Below are positions 1 to 13,223 of a stretch of 64,000 bases of DNA, piece by piece (position 1 is the first letter of the stretch; each line of letters opens with the position of its first letter). This DNA comes from Octopus sinensis. Lineage: Eukaryota. The DNA is taken from NCBI RefSeq assembly GCF_006345805.1, contig NC_043021.1, positions 26,226,001-26,290,000 of the forward strand, given 5' to 3'. Position numbers and translations under genes: made by a program. Under the pieces are notes generated by a model. That model saw nothing but the letters and a program-made list of their open reading frames with translations, was not told where the DNA came from and did no database searches.

Positions 1-3000
1 TCAGACAGAACCTGGACTTCAGAATACAGTGGACTTTACCAAAGAATACATAAAACGATTACGATAAACAAGGGAGACATTAATAACGTTCCTCGCCCAA
101 AATTGACAAATTTCCACTTTTCACCAGAATTTAAAATAAAATTAAAGAAAAGATAATTCATGCTAGAAAACTTCTCAAAATTCCTTAGAATGGAGGTTTA
201 AAGGTGAAGAATGCCATTTCCTTATATATACACTTAAAGACTTAATAAGAATGGTAAAGCTCCAGAATAAATTGCTTTCCCTTAGTTTCTTTTAACTACG
301 ACAGCCAATATAATAAAACAGAATGAATATTAACCAAAAAAACAAAGTCAACAACCCCTCTCCCGAAAGGCCCAATCTAGAGATGTTTATAAAACATTGT
401 CAGGAAGACGAAATTGCAATATCCTGAAGCCTTCAACATTTTGTATTTGAATCCCGCCAAAATAAAACACCAATAAAGAACTAGTGTCGATTACGAAATT
501 CTTCCTCCGAAATTCTGTGATCTTCGAGCCAAGGTTGTAATTACATTGACTGCCACAGATAGAATGACTGAAAGAAACAGTAGCACCACGCAGAAGATAC
601 TTCGTTGGTATTTAGTTACGCCCCTTTATGTTCCAAGTTCGAATCCTGTTGAAGTCGGTAGAACACACACGAAACCGATCAAGTACTGCAGCTTAATGGC
701 TCAACTTTTGTCAGCCAGCAGAAACCATTCTTGCTTGCCTTCAGACTATGCTTTGCAAATACATACACAAATATGGTTATATCTATTTCAATGAATCTCT
801 TTATATATAATGAGTAGTTATACGCAGTTTTATATGCGTGTCGGGGTTGGTGTGTTTACGTCCGCCTAACTCAGATGTTCGTTAAACAGAATGATATGAG
901 TGCCAGGCTTTAAAAAAATCTAAGTACTAAGGCCGATTCGTTCGACTAAAATTCTTGATGGCAGTGCTCCAGCATGACCGCGACTGATACAAGCAAAAGA
1001 TATATATATATCCGCTTACAATTAAAATGTAAATGTTTTGTGTTGCTGTGTGGAAAGAGGGACTCTCCGATCTTTTTAAGAATTTGTTTTTATAGTTGTC
1101 TATTTTCATGTTGTTTTGCATCCCCCCCCCACACACACAAACTCCTCAAGAAACGCGAAAAGCTATTAAACTCAAGGATTCACTAAGGGATCCACAATAC
1201 ACCCAATCCACATAAATATAATTCTCTCGCTGCCAAACGAGAGAATTATATTGTTTATTTGTGACTGGTGAAAGTGAAAGTGGTGGAGGGGGGCACACAT
1301 TATCTCAGAAATCGTCTTCATCTTTGTGATCGAGTTTACAGAAACGATAAAACGCCGGACTGAATGATTGGTAGCCATAATGTGAGTTCGAGCCCTTTAC
1401 AAGCCATGGATAAATAAAATAAAATAAAGTGAGCTGGAGGAAAGGACGTGGGCGGCGGGGTTGATTGTCAAATTATTTTGCACTCTTTAGTTACGTCCCT
1501 TTATGTTTTGAGTTCAAATTCCATCAGAGACCGACTTTGTAGTTTTGTGTCCCCAGTCGACCTCTGCACTACGTTGAGGGCCATTGATTTAATCGTTCTG
1601 CGTTCTGAGTTGAAATACACAAGAGCCGACTCTTCCTACATTTCTATGTTGCCGAAGACTAGGTCGTTGGATCTACTTGAGCCACATTTCCTGGTAACAG
1701 CGTCTGTACAGTTAGGTTTGAAACAGGTTTGTTTTATTAGCTGCTTATATACAAGCCCCAGGTTTGTCCTAGTGGTGCAGACCTATGATCAAATGTGTTC
1801 CAGGCGTGATCACTTTGTCTTTTTTGTGTGTATGTATATATATAACATCATCATCGACTCTGTCGCCAACAAACATACAGAAGGATATGATCTGAAGGAG
1901 ATTTGGCAGTTATTTCTAGCAGATCGACAACTGCAAAGGTCCTTTAAACTTTTTGGTTGAAGGCGTCGCGAATGAGAGGATCCAATCTTGATGAAAGCGT
2001 GAAGGGTAACATATAAAAAAAGAAAAAGAAAAACCAATCTAATTCTAGAATATAAGAAGAACAGGTGTGGAACGTGTCGGCGGCATGTGAATTATATTTC
2101 ATTTTCTTCCTCAGCGAGCACCAGTCAAAGTTACCGGAACCAAACAACGGCGTTTAATGACACGTGCTCGCTTTCAAATCGGAAAGCCGGCTGACAACCG
2201 CTTCATTTAAAACATTTATTAAACATATATCATACTAGTCGTTAATAAACTTAACGAAAAATTATATTAAATACACTTTCACATCGTCAGTCAAGACACG
2301 ATTCGGAGATTTCTGTTATATTTCTGCTTTCAGCACCAAATCAGTCCCAATGTCGACCAGTCCGAACATCAAAGGCTTTCCCATCTTTTATTTTTATTTA
2401 TGTTTTAGCTACAATAACCAAGAACATTATTCGACGAGTCACTTCTTTTTCTTTAGACGGACAAATTTGATCTGATCATTTCTTTCTAGCAAGTCCACTG
2501 GCTGCATTATGTCTCATGTGCTTTGGACCCAGTGAATTTAAGGGTTGTTTTTTTTTTCAATTTCACAGCTAAATATGAATATAATTGTAAATGAGAGGTT
2601 CTAATGTTCTCCGACAACGATGATGAGAGCAAAAAATTATAGAATTTATTATATCCTACGACTGGCAAAACATCAAATATAAATGTCCGTCGGGTTAGGG
2701 GATAAATATGCTTTTTCCACGAAGATCTTAATTTAATAATGAAAAATAGTTAACTATACGACAACGAAGTTGTCACGTGTCATTTATTTTGGAAATGAAG
2801 GTTTTTTTAAAGTTTCTGGACACCAAAACCTAAACAAACGCAGAGATATAAAAGAAAACCATTAACAACAGAATTTACCTGACCAGATTAATAATTTTAA
2901 TTATAGAGAAGCTTTAATGTTTTCTATTGATGCGTATATAATGTCATGTGTATATATGCGAATTATTCATAAATTGCTCGGGTGTCGCTCAGCTCCATCC

Positions 3001-3599
3001 TTAAGTTTTTGGGCACCAAATACAAACGTCAAAATCTGAAAACAGTCGCTGGGTGAAACGTGGTGTTTGTTTCATTCGGTAGAAACGGCACGAAGACTGT
3101 AAATAAATAATATCTGTTGGGACAAAGTGGTCATGACTGAAGTAAATCGACGTCTATCTGGGATCGTTTCAAAGTGAACACAGAAAACTTTTACGGCATG
3201 TGAAGTGCGGGACCCGGCCAAAACCACATGGAGGACTCGGCATCGACTCATAGGAATTCTGTTAACAACCAACTGTTTGTGGCCTCCGAACTTATGTTTG
3301 GATTGTTACATACTTATTGCTATTGCAGTACATTTTAAAATGCATTACTTCATTTAATGACAAATTCATTTAATAACAATAAATGAGCAGGGTTTGATTA
3401 ATAATTAATAAACAGAATTTCTTCCGTTGAGATGGATTTGTTTTTGAAAATAAACATGCTTACAATGACAAAAAAAAAGTAAATTTAGTTTAGACATACC
3501 GAATAGTAAACAGACAGTTGATAAAAGTTTTCAGTGAATATCTACAATACAATCGATGTGGTGTGGCAACACATTAAACAAGGACATTTTTGAATTGTT

Positions 3600-4672
3600 C
3601 CTCTCTCGCTTCAAGGAAGCAGACATATTGAAAATAACAACTCGTGTTGCACTCACTCCTCCTCCTCCTCCTCCCACTTCAGCCTTCTCGATTGCTGCTG
3701 CTGCTGCTGCGCACTTTCACTTTCCCTCTTTCTAATCATTTTACTCTCTCTCTCTCTCCTTCATACCCTCTGCTTTACTCTCTCTCTACGTCTCTCCCCC
3801 TTTCATTAACACACTCCTTCTCTCTTTCCCTCTTTTTCAAAAAGAAAAAAAACAAATTACTCCGCGCTATGTGAGAACATCGTTTTGTTGGGGGAGAATC
3901 AGCTTCTTCCATCTTGGTTGTCTCACTTTGCTTTTTCTTTATTCACTTACACCAAAACACACAGAAGCTTTAACACTTGTTTAAAGACTTGATTTTTTTC
4001 CAAACAATTTCCAAACAACATCTTTATTCAACTTGATAGGAAAAAAAAAAGCACATTTTTTTTTTCATAATACGCGTTGAAAAAGTAGTCCTGCACAAAC
4101 CTCGATGTTTTGCATCCGGGTATTTTGTCCGGTCTCCGAACCATGGAAGTGATCGGATGAAGAAGACATGCGGAGAGAAAGAGAGAGAGAGAGAGAGAAT
4201 ATAGTTCTTCTAAGTAGTCGTCGTTTTAAGTGTGACTTACAGCTGCGTTTCGATTTCCAGTCGATTCTTTTTTGAAATAGCAGTCCAAACAGTCGAGATG
4301 TTTGGTCGAAATGACACCAGCGACTTGTTCGAGTCGGGATATTTTGCAACAGGCGCGGAAGAAAGTTATTCGGCCAGAGACGGCGGAGTGGTTTTCTTTC
4401 TAGTCGTCGAATGTTAAAAGAAACATTTTTGGGGGTTTAAAAAAAACAAAACATTCTTATTTGTTGTTTTCCTCAGCAGACGATCGCCAAAAAACGACAG
4501 AAAACCCACCAAAAAACACACCAAATTTTTTTTTTTTTTTTTTTACAATCATTTTATCCTAAACAAAGACTTTTTAAAGTGAACACACACAAAAAAAAAA
4601 AAGTTTTTTTTTTCCTCTATTTTCTTCTCTGCTGTATTATTATTATTATTGTTGTTGTTGTTACGGCGAAAG
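3600..4672 (+). promoter_or_regulatory. Putative promoter / 5' UTR of the PHF21A-like gene
   Basis: Non-repetitive, CpG-retaining sequence with CT/GA tracts directly upstream of the ATG. The TSS cannot be located from sequence alone. Confidence 0.45.
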
Positions 4673-4735
4673 ATGGCCAAGGAAGATCTGGATAAGATTC
4701 AGGCGGAACTGAAGGCGGCCATACAAAACCATCAG
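4673..4735 (+). CDS. PHF21A: PHF21A/BHC80-like, coding exon 1 (MAKEDLDKIQAELKAAIQNHQ)
   Basis: ATG at 4673, 63 nt, phase-0 donor GTTGTA at 4736. Resembles the vertebrate PHF21A N-terminus as recalled (MELQTLQEALKVEIQVHQ). Joins in frame to the next exons. Confidence 0.88.
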
Positions 4736-4992
4736 GTTGTATACAAACTTCATAAAGCAAACTCTCTCTCTCTCGCTTCTTCCATCCATCTCCCTTCTTT
4801 CTTCAAAATCAATTATCCATCATCTTCTCATTCACCCATCACAACTTTCTTCTTCTTTCTTCTTCTCCTTTCTTCTTCGAGGCCGATCGAACAACAAACT
4901 AATTTTAACTTATTTATTTCTCCATCTCCTCCCCTCCTCTTCTTCTTCTTCTTCTTCGTTTGTTGTTTTCCTTTAATCTCTTCGATTCCTCT

Positions 4993-5057
4993 TTCCAAAT
5001 TCTTCTTCCAAATTCTTCTTCCAAATTCTTCTTCCAAATTCTTCTCCCAAATTCTTC
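4993..5057. repeat. 13-bp minisatellite (TTCCAAATTCTTC)x5 in intron 1
   Basis: Four perfect units and one variant unit. Confidence 0.9.
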
Positions 5058-5231
5058 CACCTGGTTCCAACTTCGTCTCCGACCAATTCCATCGACCGAT
5101 TCCATCTTCGTTCCTTTCTCCTTTAAATAAATCTCTTCAGATTTGCGATTTCTTTTCTTAAAAGGAAAAAAAAAAAAAAAAGAAACCCTTTCATAATTAT
5201 GTCGTTGATTTGTCTCTAATTTTAATTTATG

Positions 5232-5273
<42 letters not shown>

Positions 5274-7159
5274 CGTATGTATATACATATACATGTATAT
5301 ATTCTACGTGTGTTGTGTATCGCGTTTAACTGTATAACTATATACACACATACACATAGATGTGTGTGTGTGTATATATGTATATATATATATAAAAGGT
5401 TAATGCGTTGTGTCGCATTAAATAAGTATATCTCTTACTGTATATATATATATGTGTGTGTATAAATAATTTGTGTCGCATTAGTGGAATGTGTATATAT
5501 GTATGTATATAATGTATATAAAGAGAAAGAGTTTGTATTTAAAAATATATAGTTCTGTATGTGCATTTATATATATGTGTGTGTGAGTGCATTTATGTAT
5601 GTGTGTGTGTGTATTGATGTAGATACATAAAGACGTGTGTGTGTGTGTGTGTAAAGTAAAGTTATGTGAGTGTGCGGCGGCGGCGGCGCCAGTTGTGAGA
5701 GAGAAGAAGAAGAAGAAGATGTGTTGTGTTGTAATATGTTACATCTTGCTTCACACTCGTACTGTGTTGTGTATGTATACATACAGACCTACGTATATAT
5801 ATATATTATAATATCTTCTGTGTATATAATTTATATACACACACACATTAGTCGTGAGTGATCGAAACTAAACTTACTTGGCTGATCTTTTATTAACTTA
5901 CCTCTACCTATTATTACTATTACTACTACTACTACTACCTTGTAATTAGTAGTAACACTTACCCCATATTCCTTTCGTTGGGGGTTAAATTGGGCTTCGC
6001 TCGCTCTCCCTCCCTCTCTCTCTCTCTCTCTGACTCTTTCTACTTCATTACTGACAAAATAGTTTGTCTTTTATTCCGTTAGTTACTGGCAGCTGTAGAC
6101 ATTTTTCAGCATTCTTTTGCCCCCCCCCCTCCAGTCAGTTATAAATATTGATGAGTGTATTTTTTTTTAAAGCTCCGAATCTGCCTTCGTCGAATAGAGA
6201 CCTATCTATCGGCAAAGGTAGTCCAGGCGTGACCATCCTGTCCTCATATTCATGTATATATTTATTTACCTATTCGAGTGGGATTGAATTTTTTTAATTT
6301 TTCTGAAGTCGGTGGAGAATGGATGTGAGACTTGGCTGATGAATTGTGTTGCATGTTGAGCAGAGGAGCTGCTCTTTCATTGTTGTTTGTTTAGCCCCAG
6401 GTCAGCCCTGATGGACAAGGCCTGTCATCAAACACGTTCCAACCGTCATCATCCCGTCTTTTATTCAGGCATAATGTATCTAGAACTACCTCATCCAATA
6501 CGTCCTTCCTAATTTTTAGAAGTTTGGCTGGTGTTTCTAGCAAGTCAGCCACCCACCACGCATGAGAGGCTTCGTTGGCTCGAGTTCTTTGAATTTACCA
6601 TGTTGTTTTGTGTTAATAAAGTTATGTGAATACATTTATGTAGTAGCAGTAGTAGTAAAGTTATTTGTGTTTGTCACTTGAGATCTTCCTCTATGTGTGT
6701 ATAATGTAATATCGTGTGAAAGAGTGATTTGTTGTTTAACCCCATGCCAGCTCTGAGCTGATAGACCTGTGATCAAAGGCGTTCCACTCATGATCATACC
6801 GTCTATTTTTATAGCTCTAAGACTACACTAGCATCGTGTCCGTTATCTAAGACGGTAATGTGGTGATGAGGGGAATTCAGCTGCTATTTCTGCCAGGTGG
6901 AGCGACCACGAACAGCCTTTCTCCTTTGGTTTGCTCTTGTAGTAAAGTTATGCTTGTATGCGTTGTTGCAACTGTGTGGAAATTTGGTTTGGTTCCGATA
7001 AAACATGACGAAAGGTAGCTGCCACTTCAAACGGAATTACAAGTTTAGTCTTAACCCAATGTTAGGTCGACTTCAATTACAAGTCGACATAACTTAGTTT
7101 TATATAAATTTACTACATACACCTAGGATATATTTTCTATCATACGTATGTATGTATGA

Positions 7160-7225
<66 letters not shown>

Positions 7226-7263
7226 AATATATTATATATATATGATATAAGAGTGTATGTGTA

Positions 7264-7294
<31 letters not shown>

Positions 7295-7320
7295 TATATA
7301 TATATTGGATTTACTCCCTA

Positions 7321-7363
<43 letters not shown>

Positions 7364-7971
7364 CATATATATTATATATGGATGGTTGATATGTACCATG
7401 CACGAAACTCAGTCCTTGAGTCACTTTTGTAACAGCCGATCAATATATATACATATATATATATATATTTAGATAGATACATACATACTTGTGTGTAATA
7501 TATACACGAGTTATATAATGTGTGTATATACATACTTTCATTAACATTACAACAGACCTTCGATTAAAAGCGTTCCAGCAATGACCATCCGGTCGTATTT
7601 TAAAAAGGTGGTCTTTAATTCGAGTGAGATTTGGCCGCTTTTTCTAGCAAGTCAACCGACCACTCACGTGTGTGTATATATATATAATTTATACACACAC
7701 TATAATGTATATACGGTTATACACACGTGTATGACTTATATATAGACATATGTGATGTATACTTATTGATGTCGATAAAGTTATGTCTAAACTGTGAAAT
7801 TCTCTTGTCTCCGTTCATTATCGATCACTTTAAAGATGTTTATCGATATATTTTTTTTTTTTTAATTTCTTATTTTCATTGATTCTATATTAGTAGTCTA
7901 TGACTTAATTGCTGTGTTTATACTGTGACATCTTATATTTATTTTGTGTCTATTTCTCCGCCACTTGCTAG

Positions 7972-8004
7972 ATCCTGGTCGGAAAGATGCAGTTCGATCC
8001 TCAG
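7972..8004 (+). CDS. PHF21A: PHF21A-like coding exon 2, 33-nt microexon (ILVGKMQFDPQ)
   Basis: Pyrimidine tract + TAG acceptor and CAG|GTAAAC donor. The peptide matches vertebrate KLVAQMKQDPQ as recalled and fills the gap between exons 1 and 3. Confidence 0.9.
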
Positions 8005-8029
8005 GTAAACTTATTTATTCTATGTTCCC

Positions 8030-8063
<34 letters not shown>

Positions 8064-9448
8064 TGGCTGGTTGGTGGTTCTGATATTCCTAGAAGCCATG
8101 TTGATGGTAGTTGTGGTGCGTGTAGTTTGTTCATAATGTGTACGATGTCGGCGGTACCTGTACTATGATGCAGATGATGGCCATAATCGCTATGATGATG
8201 GTGATGGTGTTTCCTTTGATATTACTAAACCTGACTTGTGTAATAAAGATGGTTGGGGTTTTTTTTTTCCTTCTGTTATTGATATTTCGATGTTGCGTTA
8301 TCATTTGTCATCATGGTTGTTGTGATGATGATGATGGTGGTGGTGGTTGTTGTTGTTGTAGTGCCCTAACGCCGCCCCCCCCTTACCGTTTCTTTCTCTT
8401 TCTGAATGTTTAGTGAAGCTATGTCGAAGTGTGTGAAAAATGGTAATAATATAATTATCATCGCACATAGACACACATTTAAAACCCCTGTAGTTCGGTC
8501 CTGATGCTGGCACACACAGAAAGAAAGTGTGTGTGTGTGTGAAAGGGAAGGCTTGTAAAATGGAAGTCAGCAACACCCTCCACTATTCAAACTAAATGTG
8601 AGATATTATCGATTTTTGTTAACGAAACTTTTAAGACAGCCATATTTACCATACCACGGCTACCACTGTGACTACTACACCAACTACTACAAATACTAAC
8701 ATTATTTGGCCACTTCTAGCATTATTGTTATTATTAGTATTAATGCTGTTGGTGCTTCAATTAAAAAAATCTGTTTCTAGTTTTAGATTTGTATTACTTA
8801 AACCTGTGTGTGTGTGTTTTATATACTTGATAATGAGCTGTATATATGTATGTGAGTGTGTGGTGACGCTTCTATCTAGCATTATTATCATTATTACTAT
8901 TACTATTACTATTATTATACTATCACTAGTAATTAGTAGTGGCGGTAGTAGAGTTGCTACTATTACGATTTGTGTGTGTGTGCTTTAATTAAGCCCTCCC
9001 CCTACCTTTGTGCTATTGTCTTATAATGTGTTGTACTTATGCGATGATAGTATTGAGTTTGACGGTTTGTCTGTAGAGGCGGGGGTGCTTCGATGAAATT
9101 AAAAGTACTCGGTGAAAGATCTCGAGGAGTTGTATGAAATATGGAGGAGTACACCCTACTGCTTTCTTCCTTCTTGTAGAAAAATAAAATAACAGAATTT
9201 AACCAATTCCGTCTCCCTATACTTAAATATGAAATAATAAACTTCTTGCCTCCACTTGATGATGTAGCGAACATTATTTTGGGGGGTTTTGTTATTGGGT
9301 TTTTTTCTCGAAAAATTTCGTCTTGTGATTTTTATGTATCCATTTTTATTTGTGTTTTGCCAAAATGAATGGAAATGAGTTGGGCCGAGCGAAGATCGGT
9401 CGATGGTGGATTCTCGCTGAGTGAAAAGTCATGTTTGCTCTCTTTCAG

Positions 9449-9514
9449 AATCCCAGCTACAAGAAACAGCTGCACGATCTACAAATAGAGATCACATCAC
9501 TGGATGACAGGCAG
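9449..9514 (+). CDS. PHF21A: PHF21A-like coding exon 3 (NPSYKKQLHDLQIEITSLDDRQ), N-terminal coiled coil
   Basis: tctctttcag acceptor, CAG|GTAAGT donor, 66 nt, phase 0. Matches [22 protein letters not shown] as recalled. Confidence 0.93.
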
Positions 9515-10540
9515 GTAAGTTACTTTGCACGGCCACCATTCCAATTAGTCTTTCTTTCTTTTATTTTTTTTAAACACCCCTCCTCCTCCTCCTCCCTTTT
9601 CGTTCTATGCTCACACACACATCCACACATTCTCTCTCTCGTTCACACACACACACTCCCCCCCCATTCGTCAATCTCGAATTCTTCAACTATTCCATAG
9701 CTATTTCTAACTTAACCTACACGGATAAATATATGCGTATCTGGGTTACATACACACACACACACAGGTAGATATAGATAGATAGAGCTATATACTGAAT
9801 ATATATCAAACTTAACGAACTTATATATTATAGATATGTATGTGTTGTGTATTATATAGTGAATATATGCAAATTATTTATTTATATTTTATATCTGTAT
9901 GTGTATAGATTTATATATATGTATGTATATAGTGTGTGGGGGGGGGAGGGGCGCGTTTTATTTTTGTTTGTTTTGTTTTTGAGCGCGGGGGACTATATAT
10001 ACTCGCGATCTAACAATGAATGTACTTTTCTGTATGTATGTGTGTGTGTATATACACATGAGTGTGTGTGTGTATCTGAAAAATTACGTAAAAACATGGA
10101 GCTGGATTTTTGTTTGTCTTCTTTGGTGTTCTCGTCTATTTCCTCCAAACCAGCCATTTGCTTATACTGTCGATGGTATTGGTACGATAGAGTTTCAAAG
10201 AGGCGCACATAAAAGACTGTGCTCAAAGCACAGTTTAAAGACGATCTTCTCTCCAAGTGTAAGAGTATGTGTTGCGAGGTCAGGTAAGTAAGCGACCAGG
10301 CGGCGGCGGCGGCAGTGGTGGTGACATCGGCTTTTTTAGGGTGGCAGGAGCGGCTGGGCTTGGCGGCGTCAAACGTGAAAGTCACGAAAGTGGTGTCTAG
10401 TTTTCAGTGAAACACTTCCTTTCCGATGACCTACCTTCGACAGAGAGAAATACATTTCTTCATGGCTTATTGATTATTATTTTTTTTTTTACTTCATTCA
10501 AGAACTTTGCTTTTTCCCTACACCGATGTTTGGAGTATCG

Positions 10541-10543
<3 letters not shown>

Positions 10544-10636
<93 letters not shown>
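10544..10636. repeat. Compound microsatellite (CT)n(AT)n(GT)n; representative of dozens of TA/CA/GA/ATC tracts in the window
   Basis: Directly visible. Similar tracts at about 5230-5290, 7160-7225, 37290-37390, 57000-57120 and 63000-63240. Confidence 0.95.
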
Positions 10637-11582
10637 CTATATTATGGATATGTGTGAAATTCCTGCTGCCTCAACATCAGTTAAGGCCAGATATGGAGCT
10701 GATCTCAGAAGCATCCAAGCAGGTGGTTCTGTTAGACTTTTTTTTTTTTTTTTGAGAGCAAGAAAAGGAACGAAGCTGAGTTTTGAGGAGTTAAGCCAAA
10801 GCAATGAGTAGCAAGCAAGATGTGATCCTATCAAAGTGGGACGCAGAGTGTTTGCAGGCCAGTCCCTTTTCAGAGCCTACAGCATCCTCAGCATCACAAG
10901 GCAGAAAGCCATCAGGATGGCTGTGGAGGTAGCAGGGTGGCCTCATAATGATTGTGAATCAGGAGATGCCAGCCGTGGCATCATCATTTAGTGTCTGCTT
11001 TCCATGCTGGCAGGAGTTAGACAGTTTGACTGGAACTGATAAGCCGGAGAGCTGCACCAGGTTCCACTAATCTGATTTGGCATGGTTCCTATTGCTGGAT
11101 GCCCTTCCTAACGTCAACCACTCCAAGAGTGTAATGGGTGCCTTTTATGTGCCACTGGCACAACATGCCAGTTGTGTGGTACCTACATTGACCACAACTA
11201 CGATTTCACTTGGCTTGCCGAGTCTCCTCAAGCATGGCATATCTCACTTACTTATCACTTCTGTGAGGCCCACTGTTATGTGACACCAGTTTCAGCCATG
11301 CTGGGGCTTGATCTACCCTGGTTGGGTGGCTGGGTGAAGGTATCTGCTGTTAAATGACCCAAAACAATGATTCCTGGAAACATCAATGACGATGTGTCCA
11401 AGTGCATCACAGGATCAGGTATGAACAGGCATGACTGTCTGGTAAGAAACTTGCTTCCCAACAACACGGTTCTGGGTTCAGTCTCACTGCATGGCACCTT
11501 GGGCAAGTGTCTTTTACTTTAGCCTTGAACTAACCAAAGCCTTGCAAGTGGATTTGGTTGATGGAAACTGAAGGAAGCTTAA

Positions 11583-11814
11583 GGCGGTGAGCTGGCAGAA
11601 ACGTTAGCATGCCAGGCGAAATACTTAGTGGTATTTCATCTGCCGCTATGTTCTGAGTTCAAATTCCGCTGAGGTCGACTTGGCCTTTCATCCTTTTGGG
11701 GTCGATTAAATAAGTACCAGTTACGCATTGGGGTTGATATAATCGACTTAATCCATTTGTCTGTACTTGTTTGTCCCCTCTGTGTGTAGCCCCTTGTGGG
11801 CAGTAAAGAAATAA
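11583..11814 (+). mobile_element. tRNA-derived SINE (GGCGGTGAGCTGGCAGAA family), full-length copy
   Basis: A-box-like head and GAGTTCAAATTCC B-box-like motif. Related copies occur at about 1430-1610, 44560-44940 and 46486-46700. Flanked by an 18-bp direct repeat. Confidence 0.75.
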
Positions 11815-12129
11815 ATAGGGAACTGAAGGAAGCTTGTCATACACACACACACACACATATATATCTGTTTCTGTTTGCCCCCCACCATTGCTTGACAACT
11901 GATGTTGGTGTGTTTATATCACCATAACTTAGTGGTTTGGCAAAAGAGACCAATAGAATAAGTACCAGGCTTTAAAAAAAGTACTGGAGTTGATTCATTC
12001 ATCTAAAATTCTTCAAGGCGCCCCAGCATGGCCGTAGTCTAATGATGACCAAAACAAGTGAAAGATAGATAGATAGATATGTATGATGCTTGTGCACAAA
12101 CTGCAATACTACATGGTAGTGAGACTTTG

Positions 12130-12450
12130 GCTCTGAATATGAAGAGTCTTTTCGAAGTCTAGAAAGCAATGAAGTAAGCATGGTTTACCAGATGTGCAGT
12201 GTTAGTGGGCATGAGAAGAATCAGATGTTGTGTGCAGCAGAGGAAACGGTGTTGATATGGTGACATATAAGGATGAGGGTGTCTGTATACAGAGGTACTG
12301 ACTGCTTATGGTGGGTAGAACTTGTGGAAGAGGGAAGCCCCGGAAAAAGATGCGACAGTGTAGTGAAGGTCAATCTCAGGCTGTTGAGTTTCACAGTGGA
12401 AGGTGATAGAGGAGACCTCAATATCACTGCAAAACTGGGGTTCTGGAAGC
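12130..12450 (+). mobile_element. Degraded RTE ORF2 3' fragment
   Basis: Nucleotide similarity to the reverse complement of the 29100-29500 RTE segment (tgtgcagtgttagt..., cttgtggaagagggaagccc). Confidence 0.55.
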
Positions 12451-12960
12451 AAACTGAGCCCTTTGCCCAATCTGTCCTTGTCAAGCCTTCTCCACACCCT
12501 CACTTCCTTATCAGTTATCCCTCCATCACTCCCCCACCATTGCATCCTACTGCTGCCATTACATGAGAGCAGAGCTACGGATGTCTTCATCCCTTTCTCT
12601 GCTACCAGTTATCTCTCCCTTTCTCTTGAACTACTTCCTTTCATTGTTAGCATCCCCCCACCATTCATATTTTCTATGCTTCCAGCCACCACTCCCTCTC
12701 ACCTGAACCATTTCCTATTGTCAACCATTCTCCACACTGTCTCATCTCTACCATCAACCTATCTCCTGACCACACTCTTCAAACTTTTACTCCCTCTCTT
12801 TCATCCTTCCCCTTTTCTATCAGCCAATTCTGCTGCACTTCACTATTTTTGTCCTGCCACTCCTCACTTTCTCCCGCTGAACCACTTCTCTTGATATCTT
12901 CATTGTAATCGTGGTTGCCTTACTTCACCATTGAAACCCCTCTTCTCTTGTTCACCATTC

Positions 12961-13223
12961 ACTGTATCATCTCTTGTGAAAGGTAGAAGAGTCCAGTTTG
13001 CTGGACATTGTTGTAGAGCTGAAAACGAGGTAATTTCTACTCTTCTCCTCTGGAAGCCATCTACTCGCGATACCAGAGGGCGCGCACTCTCCTACCCTGA
13101 TGTAATCTCCAGGGATACAGGCATCCAGCAACAGGACCTCATAATGCTATGATGGACCATGAAGTCTGGCGTAGCATAGTAAATTCCATTGTCTCGACCA
13201 CAGTCGAACAATGATAATGATGA
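12961..13223 (+). mobile_element. RTE-like LINE 3' fragment (second family)
   Basis: Encodes VKGRRVQFAGHCCRAENEVISTLLLWKP...RGRALSYPD and ends in a TGATAATGATGA tail. Confidence 0.7.

Noticed and set aside
1-540. Possible coding remnant at the window start
   Set aside because: Multiple stops in all frames and no motif recognised. Probably an old repeat, but not supportable.
2329-2348. RE1/NRSE-like TTCAGCACC half-site upstream of a REST-complex gene
   Set aside because: The right half does not match GGACAG, and REST is not known from molluscs.
4736-5161. ORF 4649-5161 read-through beyond exon 1 as a 170-aa protein
   Set aside because: After Q21 the sequence is low-complexity intron. Homology continues only through splicing to 7972.
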